Shown: piece after piece, positions 12,685 through 25,925 of the stretch
Position numbering within the stretch: the first letter of the stretch is position 1
How the letters are laid out: each line of letters begins with the position of its first letter
Source of the DNA: Lama glama
Taxonomy: Eukaryota
Length of the DNA stretch: 64,000 bases
Direction: 5' to 3'
NCBI GenBank assembly: GCA_028534125.1
Contig: CM052817.1
Span: 63,056,001 to 63,120,000, forward strand
Notes under the pieces: generated by a model
What the model saw: only the letters and a program-made list of their open reading frames with translations
What the model was told of the DNA's origin: nothing
Databases searched by the model: none
Translations under genes and position numbers: made by a program

Positions 12685-12890
12685 TTTATTCACTACTTAT
12701 GATACACCAGGCTGTATTTTAAATGTACTGGTAAAATCTTTTAAGTAGACCTTTAATACAAGATTATATTTTTATTCACACTTTATAAATGGAGAAATCT
12801 AGTGTAGATCAGGGAAATTCCATAGAACAGAGTTTAAGGCCAGGAAGACTAGCTTTAGAATCCATTTTCTTAACCCATTTGCTATACTCT
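12685..12890 (-). mobile_element. MIR SINE, degenerate
   Basis: ttattcactacttatgatacaccaggctgtattttaaatg...ctttataaatggagaaatctag...ttttcttaacccatttgctatact follows the antisense MIR layout. Confidence 0.55.
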
Positions 12891-12920
12891 AGCTTCTTCT
12901 AATATATTAAGAATATACAG

Positions 12921-13309
12921 TGTTATGGACTAAGTTGTACACCATCCCCCAGCCAAATTCTAAAGTTCTAACTTCCAGTACCACAGAACTACAATTATAT
13001 TTGGAGATAGAGCAAGCCTGTAAGATTAAGTTAAATGAGGTCATATGGGTAGGCCCTAATTCAATATGACCAGAGTCCTTTTAAAAAGAAATTAGGACAC
13101 AGAGAAGACAGGCCAACGGATGACCAAGTGAGGACACAACAAGAAGGTGGCCATCTGCAAGCCAAGGAGAGAGGCCTCAGAAGCAACCAAACTTGTTTAC
13201 ACCTTGATCTTGGACTGCTAGTCTCCAGAATTGTCAGAAAATAAATTACTGTTGTTTAAGCCACCCAGTCAGTATAGTATTGTTATGGTAGCCCTAGCAA
13301 ACTATTATA
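12921..13309 (+). mobile_element. MLT1A/MLT1B-type MaLR solo LTR
   Basis: Starts tgttatggact; internal gaaggtggccatctgcaagccaaggagagaggcctcagaa; ends aataaatt...gtttaagccacccagtc...gccctagcaaacta. Confidence 0.9.
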
Positions 13310-13394
13310 AAACAGTTACCTATAATCTAACTGATAAAAAAGTTTATATTAACAGTAGTCCCCCATATCTTCACTGTCTCAGGCCATGACAGTC

Positions 13395-13585
13395 TCATTT
13401 TACCTTTCAAGCTGTGTGCCACTGTAAAAAGCATCTGAATTCTCTAAATCACATTTTATCTATTCAATTGGAATAATAATTAAGCCCCACAACTAGAAAT
13501 GTTGCAAAAAATGAGACAAGGGATGTAGAAGTTTCAGCATGTAGCATATCACGTAGCAAGTACACAATATATGTTGTTATTTTTC
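13395..13585 (+). mobile_element. MIR SINE
   Basis: agctgtgtgccactg...attggaataataat...gttgcaaaaaatgagacaa...tagcaagtacacaatatatgttgttatt. Confidence 0.55.
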
Positions 13586-14859
13586 TTAATCATTGATTAC
13601 AAAATAAGCTATTTCACAGGATTGGAATAAGTTATCTCCTATTCAGATTTAACTACTAAGTGTAAGTTCAGATATAATTTCATATGGGTTAATATCTATT
13701 TTTGTTTATTTTTGGTTTTTTCTAGTATTTTTTATTTATTAATTTTTTTCTAGTATTTTTCCATTTTTTCTGCTTTAAATTTTTTTCCACGTGAAGTTGA
13801 AAAAAATCAGCATTAAGAATGCTGTCAAGAATATTGGACTAGATCCCACATAATAGATAAAATTATTGAGAAGTGGATAATATTAATGGATTAGTAGAGA
13901 GTATATATCTTCATTCACAACAAATTAAAATTTACAAAAATTAGAAATCACTTTCCTCCAAAAAAATAGTATCCATATATGATGCAAATAAAAATGACTC
14001 TAGGTATTGTGTGGTTGATACTAAGTAGGAAAAGTTAATCTTGATGTGGATCCAAGGAACACTCCCATTTTAGTGGTTTGGTAATTGTTAACATTGAACA
14101 ATTACAGTAGAAGACTGTAATCCCAGGATACTACCTGGCTCTGCAATGAATACTGTTTATACAGTCAAGATGATTCAAAAGCTCCTTAGTATTTGTATTT
14201 TTTAGAATCAGGTTGTAGACAAAGTATGGAAGACTAAAATACAGATGCTGAAGAGATTAATATAATCAATGTTGAAAATACAAAATTAAAGTTACAGATT
14301 ATTGAAGATGAAGGTAGAAGGAAGGGTACACATATCAATATCCTCATCTCCTGAGTAAGAAGTTAGGAAATACTGTTTAACTTTAAAGTAAGAAGATGTA
14401 GGCCTTTCTTTTCTTTCTTTTTCTTGTTTAGAACTTCACATACACATAAAATTAAGTTCATGGCATAATAGCCACATCATATGTCCAAAATCCCCCTTTA
14501 ACTTATTTTAATTGTATTTTTTTCTTTGTCCTCCTCTTTTCCAAGTCACATTCCTATATCTAGTATGTTGAATGCATGTTTTTTAACCCATTCCATTGCT
14601 AATTTACTTATTTAGTTGTAAATGTATCCTTGAAAATATACAAAGTGTTTTGTAATATGTGTGTGTGTGCCTATTTATGTGTTACTTATTGTGCCAAGTC
14701 TTCCATTATATGCTCATACTACACTTAATTTCTCATTTTCATAGCACAGGATGCGTAGGTTGCTTGTAGTTCTTCGTTACAAAAGCTAAAAGCATTTTGA
14801 ACATCTTTATATTGTCATCTTATGCACTCTTAGAGAGTTTCTTTAACATCCAAGTGTGA

Positions 14860-15050
14860 CAAACTTCCACCCAAACTTCCTTCCTTTCCCCTAACCTTCA
14901 TTCAAGATCACAGTTTCTTTGTGGTCTGATGACTGTGCCAGCATCCCTTGACTCACTTTCCATTTTCTCTCACAGGAATTTCTATTCATACATTTCTTCA
15001 TGATTAATACCATCTTGGTGTTTTCTTTTCAGAGAAAATGGATGATACAA
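14860..15050 (+). mobile_element. ERVL-type LTR 3' fragment (LTR40/41-like)
   Basis: ttttctctcacaggaatttct...taccatcttggtgttttcttttcagagaaaatggatgataca resembles an ERVL LTR terminus. Confidence 0.45.
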
Positions 15051-15079
15051 TCTCTGGTACAGTGCTTTCTTTCTTTTTT

Positions 15080-15660
15080 TTTTTTTCCTTTTTGATTAGC
15101 TGGTTCTAATTTCAAGCATTTCTGTGACTCATTTTAAAAATCAATTCTGTTTCTCTCATGAAATCCTTACTCTTTTCATTCATGTTTTAACATCTGCCAC
15201 TATATATCCTTCAATATACGAACTATAATTCCTTCAAATTCCCTGTCTGATGGTTTCAATTTATGGGTCCTCAGTCTCTGGTCTGGTTCTACTGATTGAT
15301 TTACTGCATAATAATGAATTAGTAGACTTGATTTTTTTTCGTATCTTGTAATTTTTGTCTGAATGGCAAATCTTGTGTAAAAAATAAAAATAGAGACAGC
15401 TAAATATAGTTTATGTCTAGAAGAAGACACATCTCTTCTTCTGTCTGGCTGTTAACATAGGCATTGGAGTTAATCTGATGAGAAGCTGGATTTGGGGTTT
15501 TGTGTTGCTATAGTTATCTCAGTGCACCACAGACTCCAAATGACTTCATTGGCAGGACATGTGCTCAGTGTGCAACTTAATGTGGGGCCTTGAATGCCAG
15601 AATTTTCTCAATGTCCCTGCTTCACTCTTAGATTTTGAGAGTCCCTGTATCATGAAAGCT
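15080..15660 (-). mobile_element. Old L1M 5' region with an ORF1 N-terminal remnant
   Basis: Minus ORF 15200-15430 QTKITRYEKK...QSVEPDQ...LKPSDREFEGIIVRILKDI resembles ancient L1 ORF1 (KITRHAKKQ...QSIETDPE...LELADKDFK...MLKDL). Confidence 0.7.
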
Positions 15661-16366
15661 CATAAGAAAATAAATATTGATAATTAATTATGCTTTTCAA
15701 CAAATATTTAGTTTTACTATTTTACTTCTATTTATAATGCCTGTTCTCAACTTTTCTGTTTCTATTATGTCATTAACTTAGCATGTACATTTATTTTAAT
15801 CTAGTTAAGATTTTTTTGTGATATAAAGTGGGTTAAATTTTTAAAATAGGTATCATTACTCTTCACTTCACTTTACAAGTGAGAGATGAGAAACAAAGTA
15901 ATTGAGTACTTTATCTAGACACATGCTGATTGATGAGTAGAGTCCAGTTTGTAGCTCAACTAAATTCAATAGTAGTATTTGTGCATACCTTGAAGAATCT
16001 GTCAAATTGGTCAGATTGATTCAGTCTGTTTGCATAAGGAACTTAAAAGCCTCTTAAGAATGTGTTTATACCAAGAAAAGAGAATGAGGAAGACATATTT
16101 GATCTAGTATTAAAACTTCAGTCGTTAGAGGCAAGGAACAATGAAAGTTTAGTATAGTGTTTATAACTCAAATTCATCTTCAGACTCACTCTCTGATAGG
16201 GGATGGATGATCCCTTCAAAACCCTTAGGCACCAGTTCAAGATTACACTGAAGGACACAAGCAGAAGCTATTATAGATGACATAATTAAAAACCCAAACA
16301 TTGACAACTCCAATATTTTTCAACTTCTCCTAATGTAAAAGTAGTAGCCACATCCTTTATAGTTCT

Positions 16367-16856
16367 TGTACGGAAGAAAAACTTTTCCTTCTTCCTTTCT
16401 AGGTTTTTTGGCTGGTCTAATAATTAAATTGACATAAGGTAGATTAACAGGAGAAAAACAAATTTAATTTTGTACAAATGGAAACTCATAAAAATATGAT
16501 ATTCAAAGACATGACCAAAGCAAGCAACTTTTACACCTTTTAGACAAAGAAACAATAAATCTGTGAAGAATTGACAAGACAAAGAGATTTGGGCTTGGAG
16601 TGATAAATTAGTGAAGAAGTAACAAGGTTTGTTTACACAGGCTTCTCAGCCTTGAATTTCCTAACTGTGGTAATGAGGATACCTCCTTCCTGCCTGGCAC
16701 AGGGAGGGCACCTTTCACATGATGGATTTATTTCTTGCTTTCAGGGGAACAAAGAGGGGTGAGATTGTTCTTCTTGGGTGTTTCATAAATAAGTTTAATT
16801 CAAAACAATTAATATGCCAAAATGACATATTTTGGGGTGGCCTATTCTCCCCTTCA
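16367..16856 (-). mobile_element. MER34A-like ERV1 solo LTR
   Basis: TG...CA ends; aatatgccaaaatgacatattttggggtggc is the antisense MER34 5' end; agattaacaggagaaaaacaaattta is the antisense 3' end; flanks ttct/ctct. Confidence 0.8.
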
Positions 16857-18044
16857 CTCTATATAGCTATATATAGCTTTATATCATATATAACTCTGAC
16901 ATGGTATTTTTACCCTTTATCCAGTCGATCATCAAAAAATGTTTATTGAATAATGAATGCATTAAATAACCTGTACATCCCCTAGTCATCTCCTTCTGAT
17001 GAATACAGACCACTTTACTGTAAGACAACACCCTCTTGATTTAATTCTTGAATGAAATCTCCTAAATGTACAGTGTATTATAGCACAACAACACATCTCT
17101 TAGGCACAGTGGTACACACACACTACACACTAGTGAATTTTTGTTTTTCATATGCTTATACCTGCTCTTGTTCCTCTTCCCTTGCAATCAACTTAAAATC
17201 CAAGAACAAATTATCATGCTTTTATCACAATAATTAATTTTTGTTTACTCTCATTTCACCCATTCTTACGTTTCTTAGCAAAGGACAAGGAGAAATGGTA
17301 TGTGTATTTATGGTGGGTGTATGTGGCAGTAGCTACAAAAGAAAGCCAAAAAAATTATTTCATAAAAGTTTTGTAAGATACTGCAGTATAAGCACTAAGG
17401 CTTTTGGTACCCTGAGGATAAAAACAACACTCAAGCAGAGAGAAAGGAAAACTGCCAGCTTCTATAAGATTCACACATTGACTTTATCAAAGAAAGGTCT
17501 TTAAAAAGCACAAACAACAGTGGATACTGACAGTACCAATGGTGATACCCAGAGGGAGCCAATGACAGTGATGCCTGACAGTAAATAGCACAGTGGGAGA
17601 AACAGAACCTATGAGAATGGCCTCAAATATGAGTGCTTAAGTGAGAAGTGGCTGTTACTAGAGGTGACCAGAGTATTGAAGATAGTTAAATGTTAATTTT
17701 TGTTCATATCTGAAACATGCACAGGAAGTGCAAAGAATTAATTGGGATGGGAGATTTCTGAAGGTATTGTAAGTCTTGCAATAGAAATTGGAGAAATTAC
17801 CAAGAAATATCAATTTATAAATGGTTAAAACAAGAGGCATAATTAGGACATTAACTAAGATATGTTGATTATAAATTATTTGTTCTTACTATAACTTAAT
17901 CCTTTTAGTGGTGGTAAGAAAGAATATTTTCACTATCTCCGTATTTTTCAATAGCCTTGCTCTTCTTTATAACCTTTCTTTCTTCTGAACATAGTACTTA
18001 ATCCTTGTGATAAGAATAATATTACTATGTTTATAGAAGTTAAA

Positions 18045-18218
18045 AATTTGAGAGCTGGAAGGGATCTTGAATATCATCTCATGTCATCATCTCATATTAT
18101 AAATAGATTATTTTAGCCAAGTATATTATCCAAATCACGTATCTGGTAGCTGAGCGAGAATGAGTAACTCAGAAAGTCATACTGTCCAGGCGCTGTGCTT
18201 CTTATGACACTACACTGC
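18045..18218 (-). mobile_element. MIR3/MIRc SINE
   Basis: agagctggaagggatcttgaatatcatct...ccaaatcacgtatctggtag...gtgcttcttatgacactacactgc. Confidence 0.6.
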
Positions 18219-18439
18219 AATCTTTGGAATATCACATCATTTTAGAATAGCTATTTTTGACATGAGGAATATATTTCAGAATCTAAATTTTACATACAAA
18301 AGAGTCATAACAATTAAAATTGCAAAAAACATCAAAATACCAAAAAAAAAAAAGATAAGAAAATTTAAATCCACATCCCTCACAGGCAGAATTTACAGAG
18401 GAAATATTTGAGAACCAGTCCCATGATTCCTGAACTCCA

Positions 18440-18640
18440 TTTCATGGGCTTTCAAACTGCACCATCAGCTTTCCTGGGTCTCCAACTTACAGATGACAGA
18501 TCTTGGTACTTCTCAGCCTACATAGTCATGTATACCAGTACCTTATAGTAAATCTCTTCACATACATGAATGTACAGTATATGCATATATATAAAACCCT
18601 CTATTGGTTGCATTTCTCTGGGGAGGTCTGACTAATGCTC
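18440..18640 (+). mobile_element. MLT2 (ERVL) LTR 3' part
   Basis: caccatcagctttcctgggtctccaacttacagatgacagatcttggtacttctcagcct...ctattggttgcatttctctggggaggtctgactaat. Confidence 0.8.
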
Positions 18641-18697
18641 ACTGGAAAAAAAAAAAGCACAACTAAACAAAATTCTGCAACAAACATCTGAAAATCT

Positions 18698-19571
18698 TGG
18701 CATAGAGCTATTTAAAACCCTTGTAATTTCCTGAGTGATTCAGGTGATAAGATCATCTTTTATTATGATATTTGGTCCTAGTCCCAGATTCCTAAACCAG
18801 AGCTCCTAAAACCCTTAGAATCTCCAGAGTGGGAGTGAGGAGAGTCACTGTGTATGCTAATGAGATGACCGGTGCCTGGAGGCCCCTAGATAGCTTCCTG
18901 ATGTGGGCTGGTCTCCAGAAAGGCCAAAACATGATTAGAGGGTTGGAACTTTCAAAGTCAACCCTTCACTTCCTCAAGGGAGGGGAGAGGGGTTAAAGAC
19001 TGAGTTAATCAGCAATGGACAATGGTTTAATCAATTGTATCTACCTAATAAAACTTCAATAAAAACTCCTGAACTATGGGTTTGGAGAGCTTCCAGGTTG
19101 ATGTGCTAGGAGCGGCAGGGTGGTGTGCCTCAAACTCCACAGGGTCAGAAGCTCCTGCCCTTGGGACTCTTCTGGACCTCACCTTACGTAGTCTTCATCT
19201 GGCTGTTCATTTGTGTCCTTTATACTAAACCAGCAAACACAGTAAATTATTACCCGAGTTCTACAGACCATTACAGCAAATTATTGAACCTGAAGAGGGG
19301 GCTGTGGAAACCCTCAATTTATAGCTGGTTGATCAGAACTATAGATATCAACCCGGGACTTGTGACTGGCATCTGAAGTAGGGAGGTAGTCTTGTGGGAC
19401 TGAGCTGTTAACCTGTGGGATCTGTGCTAACTCCAGGTAGTTAGGGTGAAAATTGAATTTAATTATATGATACCCAGTTGGTGTCCAGAGAGTTGGAGAA
19501 GAGAATTGATTGCTATTGTGGAAAACACATACATATTTGGTCTCAGGATTGCTGAGAGTAAAAACAGTTCA
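18698..19571 (+). mobile_element. MER21 (B/C-like) LTR
   Basis: agagctcctaaaacccttagaatctcc, tatgctaatgagatgac, catgattagagggttggaactttca, tgtgactggcatctgaagt, cccagttggtgtccagagagttggagaa. Confidence 0.88.
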
Positions 19572-20245
19572 TAGCCCATCAGATGATATAGCTAAATTCA
19601 ATAATTAATAAAAACATCTCCAAAGAGAGGAAGCTTTGGTAAATTCAGACCTCTCCAGTTTGTTAATCTCCTACATGCTGAGGCAGCCATAAAAATAAAA
19701 GTGTGTAACAGAATTATATTTTTTATTAAATGTGAGAATTGTTATTAAGACCATGTTGAGAGACAATGTTTCTTAATAAATTATATTTTAAGTCAGAAAG
19801 GCCAGATACATTCTTGCATGAGCTTACTGAAGGTTGCAGAAAGAGTACTCCTCTCTCATCCTCTACTCTCACGGATGGTATCAAAGGAGAACTATGAGGG
19901 AGAAAGAGTAAGGACAGTACAGTTTCATGACACGAAAGAATGAGAAACTCACAGAAATTGCTCATAAAGCTTGAGATTAAATGATGTAGTAGTTCAAGTC
20001 AGTGTTATCCACTCACTCCACTATCAGCTCCAGGTCTAGAGGACCTCCAGTGTCTGAGTTCAAGAGTATGAGCAACAAAGAAATGTCTCCAGAGGTCTTT
20101 AACTATAAGTAAACTTTAGGTTAGCCGGAAAAATGTGGTCAAATCTTTTAAAGGACCACTAGTATCTAGAGGAGCTGTTTGGGAGGAACCTTCCATCAGT
20201 GGTGACTATTGTATTCACCATCTTTCACATCATTTCCAACAGCAG

Positions 20246-20619
20246 TGTGGTAGGCATGGTGAGGTGTCATCCAGTTCTTTCTTTCAGGAAGAACTTGTTG
20301 CCACAGCTGCTGGGCATTGCTGGTGGTAAACAGCCTTCATCTGTCAGCCCCTTGAGGGACTGTTGCAGGTATAGGGCTGGCATGCAATGACTGTTCAAGG
20401 CAGGGGGGATAAAGGCCCTGTTTAGGAAAATTCTAATTCTGGTCCCATTTTAGGTCCAGAGCTTTCTATGGAGTGTGCAGTAGCTGTTTCTTGGCCTACA
20501 TTGTAGCTCAACTTCCCTTTCTGACCAGCTATGCTTTCTTCTCAAGAACATTTCTAGATGAACATCCTGTAAACTAAACTTATCTAATTCTACTTTCCAG
20601 AAACTCAATCCAAGTGACA
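20246..20619 (+). mobile_element. LTR16A-like ERVL solo LTR
   Basis: tgtggtaggcatg...cagccttcatctgtcagcccc...ccagagctttctatgg...caacttccctttctgacc...aactcaatccaagtgaca. Confidence 0.7.
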
Positions 20620-22959
20620 AGCAGTTACAGCTAACTGGAGAAAGGACAACAACCTCTTCTTGGGCAGTTTAGTAAGTAGGAAATGTGTCTCTCTAACCTT
20701 TTTTAAGGTATATGCTAGTAGTATTTGCTGGGAAAGGGAGGGAGGAAATGTGACAGAACATTCTTGCAGGGTAAGGTTTAATATATGAAAGAGACAATTT
20801 ATAATGACTAAGTCTTTGAGGTAGCAATAAGATTTTTTCAGATTAGATTAATTATTGAAAAGTCATGGTTTCAGACTGATACACCATTAAAAAGCCTAAT
20901 TCCAAACAGGAAAGAGGAGATTTGGGTAGATCAGGGTGAATAAACATTGCTACATTTTAAAAGCCATTTCTTATTTATAAACAAATGAATTGAAACTTCT
21001 CTAAGCTAGTAGTTTGTGTGTGTGCACATGTGTGCTGTAGAAGAACTTGTCATGAAATCAATCTTGTGTTATCCTATACAAAAATGCCATATTCCAAATA
21101 ATGACATTTTTCCCACAGTCAAAATATTTGTATCTACTTGCTTATTTCAATGAGACTCATAATAATAGCATATTTATTTATTCACAATAATAGCATAATA
21201 TTCAGGTGATTATTCTACCATGCCAGATATTGCACACACATTATTTTAAAAATTCATTACAAGTAGATTAGTGTCTTTTTCCAGAAGTATCCTGCAAACT
21301 GCAGTTACGAACTGTCCAACACCACTAAAGACAAATTTAAATGAACTTTTGAATCTCAAAATGTGAAAGACAAGTTAAACACTGATGAACTATAAACTAT
21401 AATTTTACCATGAGGGAACACTGAATCCCCTTTAATAGAATTTCTCAGAGTCTTTTGGTCTTTCTTACAAGTGTTCAGTCTGTTACTATTTTTGTAGCAA
21501 TCCTACATGCAAAAGTAAATTCGGAGATACAGATAATGAAGAAGCATAAAGTCAATTAATAAAAGATTATAATTGATGGTGGCCATATAAGCATAGTATT
21601 CCAAGATCCTCCTGTCATTTTTGATCAGAAAAAATTTAAAAATCCAAGAAAAAGAAAAATAATGCTAATGCTGAGAAAAATTTGACTGCTAAGTAAAAAT
21701 ACATAAACAGATAAATAAAATAATTGAATAACAGGTGAAGAAATCAGTTAGGGCCTCAAATCATCAAAAAGATTAGAACTATTATATACATGTGTGTATA
21801 AACCCAAAGTCTATGATTTATATAATATATAATATTTATATATATAATATAAATCTCCCAGGTATGTTTGATTGTAGGGTTGTAAGTTGAGCAAAAAGTC
21901 ACCAATAGAAGCACTATCTTGGACTTAATTATTTGTCTCTTCTAATAAGAGCCAATAAATACATACACAGGTTAGAATACCTAAGTAGTTACTTAATTAA
22001 CTTTGAGAAGTGCACAAAGACCAAATAAATACAGGAAATATGTGATTAATGTATTGAGGAGAAACAACTTGGAAGAAGGCAGATGCTGGCATATGGCACA
22101 GTTGGAGGGCTACATATTTCATTCACATCCAGAGGGATCCAAACAGGGAATGTAACTACTTCTGGGATATGGATAAAAATGCAAATAGAGCCATTGGACT
22201 ACATCCCTGGAGTAAGATGCATACTCCAGAATATACAGATGTCAATTTGGACAGTAAGGGTGATTAGTGTGATCTAGTAATCAAAAAGAGACAGCAAAGG
22301 CAGAATCTGAATTCTTCTACATTTAGGTCCTGTGACATGTTGTTATTGGACTCAATTAAAATAAATTACTGAGATGTAACTAAGTTAGTTTTATCATGAG
22401 GTATGAGTCATCCAAGTACATGCCAGTTAGTAAGGAAATTCACAGTTTCCTTAACTGTAAATTAAGAGTTAATGGGAGTCAGTAAACAATATTTGATCCC
22501 AGGATACAGCTTTCTATTTTCTTAAGGAAGACTAATGGCTTAAGATGGCATCCTGCCTCACTGGTTAAACAGCAGAATGAGAAAACAGGGTCTGTGAATT
22601 TTAATTCTGAATAATGATTCATCTCACATTAAGTGAAGCAATTAAATTTTGTTTCTTTGTGTATAAAATGGAACAAATAATACCCAGTTACACTGTGGGA
22701 ATATTGTAATGAGAAACTCAAAATGCATACTTATAAATAACCTCAAAAATATAAAGTTCCAGATCATTAAATAGTAATATTTTAAAATTTAACAGTCATA
22801 TGCAAAATTTATTATTAGTTTTATGCTACATTATTAAGCTAGTAACATAAAATGGTGTGTGAATGTGTAAAAGTTGTCTTCACTTTCTAGATAAAATGAC
22901 TATGAGGCAAAATTAAATTTATTCAAATAATTTTAAATTTACAAAATTTAAGAAAGAAT

Positions 22960-24085
22960 GGCATTCGTCCACAGATAGAAAAACTGACCAATGGCACAGA
23001 AAAGATTAGAGAAAAAGATCCATACATAGACAGTAACTGAATGTGTCAAAATAATTACTGAAGTACAGTGAGGACAGAATGGTCTTTTTAATAAATGGTG
23101 CTGAATATTTAGATATAATATAGGAAAATAAATCAGACTGTACCATACCTACAGCTATACACTAAATAAAATGGACCTAGCTGTGAAATGTAAAGCAGTT
23201 AAGCTTCTTAAAAAAATAGAAGAATATTTTCATGACTTGGGGAGGATTCAGAGATTTTTTACATAGGACAAAATAAATATTAATCTTAAAGAAAAGACTG
23301 ATAATTTGGACCACATTAAAATTAAGAACTTCCATTTGTCAAAAGATTCTATTCAGAGAACAAAAAGTAAGCCACAGAATTGATGAAAATATCTCTAAGT
23401 CACATTTGACAAAGGATTCACACCCAGAAAATATAAAGAACTCCTAAAATCAGTGAAAAAAGGAAAGAAAACACAAAAGAAAAATGAGCAAAGTAATTAA
23501 TCCTGCACTTCACATACACAAAAAAAGGTTAAATAAAATAGGACTACAAAATATGTAAAAAGGTCCTTAACCTCATTCCATCAGATAAATGGAAATTAGA
23601 ACTACAGTGGGATAATTTCTACCAGGAAGGCCAAAATTGAAAAGACTTCTGTTATGGACTGAATTGTGTCCTCCAAAATTCATATGCTGAAGTTCTAAGC
23701 TCCAGCACCTCAGAATGTGACTGTATTTGGAGACAGAGTCTTTAAAGAGGTAGTTAAGTTAAAATGAAGTGATTAGGGTACGCCTGAATCCAGTATGTCT
23801 GAAGTCTTTATATGAAGAGGCAATTTGGACACAGACACACAGACAGAGGAGACACCATGGGAGGTCACAGGGAAAAGATGACCATCTACAAGTCAAGAAG
23901 AAAGCAACCCTGTGGATATCTTGATTTCAGACTTCCAGACTCCAAACTCATGAGAAAATAAAACTTCTACTGTTTGAGCCAATCTGTGATATTTTGTTGT
24001 GGTAGACCTAGTGGACTAATACAATGACAGTATCAACTGCTGGCAAGATGATGGAAAAAACTGCATACTCATACATAGCAGGTGT
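22960..24085 (+). mobile_element. Old L1M (L1ME/MD-like) ORF2 3' fragment, interrupted by an MLT1 LTR
   Basis: ggtctttttaataaatggtgctga, gaccacattaaaattaagaacttc, tttgacaaaggattcacacccagaaaatataaagaactcct; resumes after the LTR with tgacagtatcaactgctggcaagatg. Confidence 0.8.
23650..24023 (+). mobile_element. MLT1B-type MaLR solo LTR nested in L1
   Basis: tgttatggactgaattgtgtcctccaaaattcatatgctgaagt...cagcacctcagaatgtgactgtatttggagacag...gactaataca. Confidence 0.9.
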
Positions 24086-24089
24086 CCAA

Positions 24090-24445
24090 ACCTCAAGCTT
24101 GCTGTCACTTCAAGGGGGCCTTTGCACAACTGTATGACTTGCTTCCTCACTTATAATAAGTCTTTGAGCAGATACTACTTTCTTGCGAGGGCTTTCCTGA
24201 CCTCCATCTAATATCATATCACCCTTTCACACATTCTTTATTTTCCTTTTTGCTTCATTCTGAGTAATTATTTACCACTACATTTATTAGATATTTATTA
24301 TATGCCCTTCACACTAACATAAAAGCACTTGAAGGACATAAATTTTATCTGTTCTTTTTTTTTCTGTATTCTATTCACCTGAAATACTGCCTGATATATA
24401 GTTGGCAATCAGTAAATATTTGTTCAAAGGGAATAAATGAATCAG
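24090..24445 (+). mobile_element. L2 3' end
   Basis: ttgcttcctcactt...gggctttcctgacc...actgcctgatatatagttggcaatcagtaaatatttgttcaaagggaataaatgaat. Confidence 0.65.
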
Positions 24446-25799
24446 TTTTATCTTACTTTTAATTATTAGGTGTCAATATTACCCTATTACCTGTAACTTT
24501 TAATAAATGGATAATTGTCAAATGAGAATAACTTGTAGGTTAGCTTAAACTATGAATAATGGTGTGAAGAAGAATACAAGATAGCCAGTGTTTACTAACA
24601 TTAGTCAAATGGCTCAATTTAACACTTTTTATTTTAACAAATCACAACGATCTTTGTAATGGTCTGGTAGAAAATCGCCATATCAGAGGGAACAAATAGA
24701 TTGTTCTTTTCTTCTCAGAGTAGTTGTCTCCTATTATGTAAGTATAGATTGCATAACTATATGTCTTTCTCAAAAACTAAAGTTGTTTAAGCAATGTAAT
24801 TGGAGGTCAGCTGCTCAAATTAAAATTTAATGGAATCAGTGGGACTCATGAAATGCTGGAACAAAGTGCTTTTTAGCAATTGCCCCACTTCTGCCATGTA
24901 TAAGTGTTTTATTTCCCCACATATATGATCTTTATAATTATTCAGTGCAATTTAGATACTACATCTTCTCTAGAGTCAAGAGAAATGTGGATTCAATTAT
25001 TCAGTAGAAAATTACTTTCTCCAATTCTACATATTTTGTCCAAAACAAATCTTATTCCTTCTGCAAATATATCATACACCTCATTTGTTTTTTAAAGATA
25101 CTAAACATTATGTTTTATTAACACAGGTGCAAATTCTAAGTTTGGAATTAGAATTTCTTTTTTTCTAAGGAATTCTATTAAAATACTCTACCCTAACCAC
25201 TTGCTTCATGAGTTTCTGTCCATAGATATTTCTCATTCATAGCTGGCTGATTTGTTTCTTCATTATGAATGCTCCAGCATTTTTCCCCTTCATCAGAATT
25301 GGTCCATGACCTGCTTGAGAGCATTTCCATGGAGCTACAGATAAACATGACAGGTCACCTTCTCTGATTTATTATTTTTATTAGGATTTGAAATCATTAC
25401 CATGGAAGAGTGCGCACGAGTTATCTTATTAAATCAAGTTCAAAATTTAACTCAGTAAGACATTCTTATCTCGTTCCCAACTTGCTAACTTGTCATTTTC
25501 ATCTGTTTTGTTTCTTTTACACTTAAATCTCTAGCTCTGAGGCCCCTTATCTCATTTTTCCCCCTTTCCTTTAGGTACTCCATCAATTTCTCTTCTGTGA
25601 CTAGATTTGTGTTTTTTGCTTCCATTATTTTTTAAACTTTGTTACTGTGGTTAGCCTTTCAAAATGTAAATGGGAACTAGTCCGGAAATGTTGGCTATTT
25701 CCATGCTCCTATGTCAATATTTTGTGAATCACGATTTGTTAAAAGGTCAGAAGCCCAAGAGTCTGTAAGATTAAGTAGCTAGCATTAGATGTTTAGCAT

Positions 25800-25925
25800 A
25801 AGGCTCTATCCCAGACTGTGATCTTTTTGTGAACATGATCATCTCTGTATTTTCATTATGATATCTCAGTAACTACCTCAGTGCCTCTCACATAGACTGT
25901 GCTCAATAAATGTTTATAAACAGAT
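25800..25925 (+). mobile_element. L2 3' terminal fragment
   Basis: ccagactgtgatcttt...cagtgcctctcacatagactgtgctcaataaatgttt. Confidence 0.55.
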
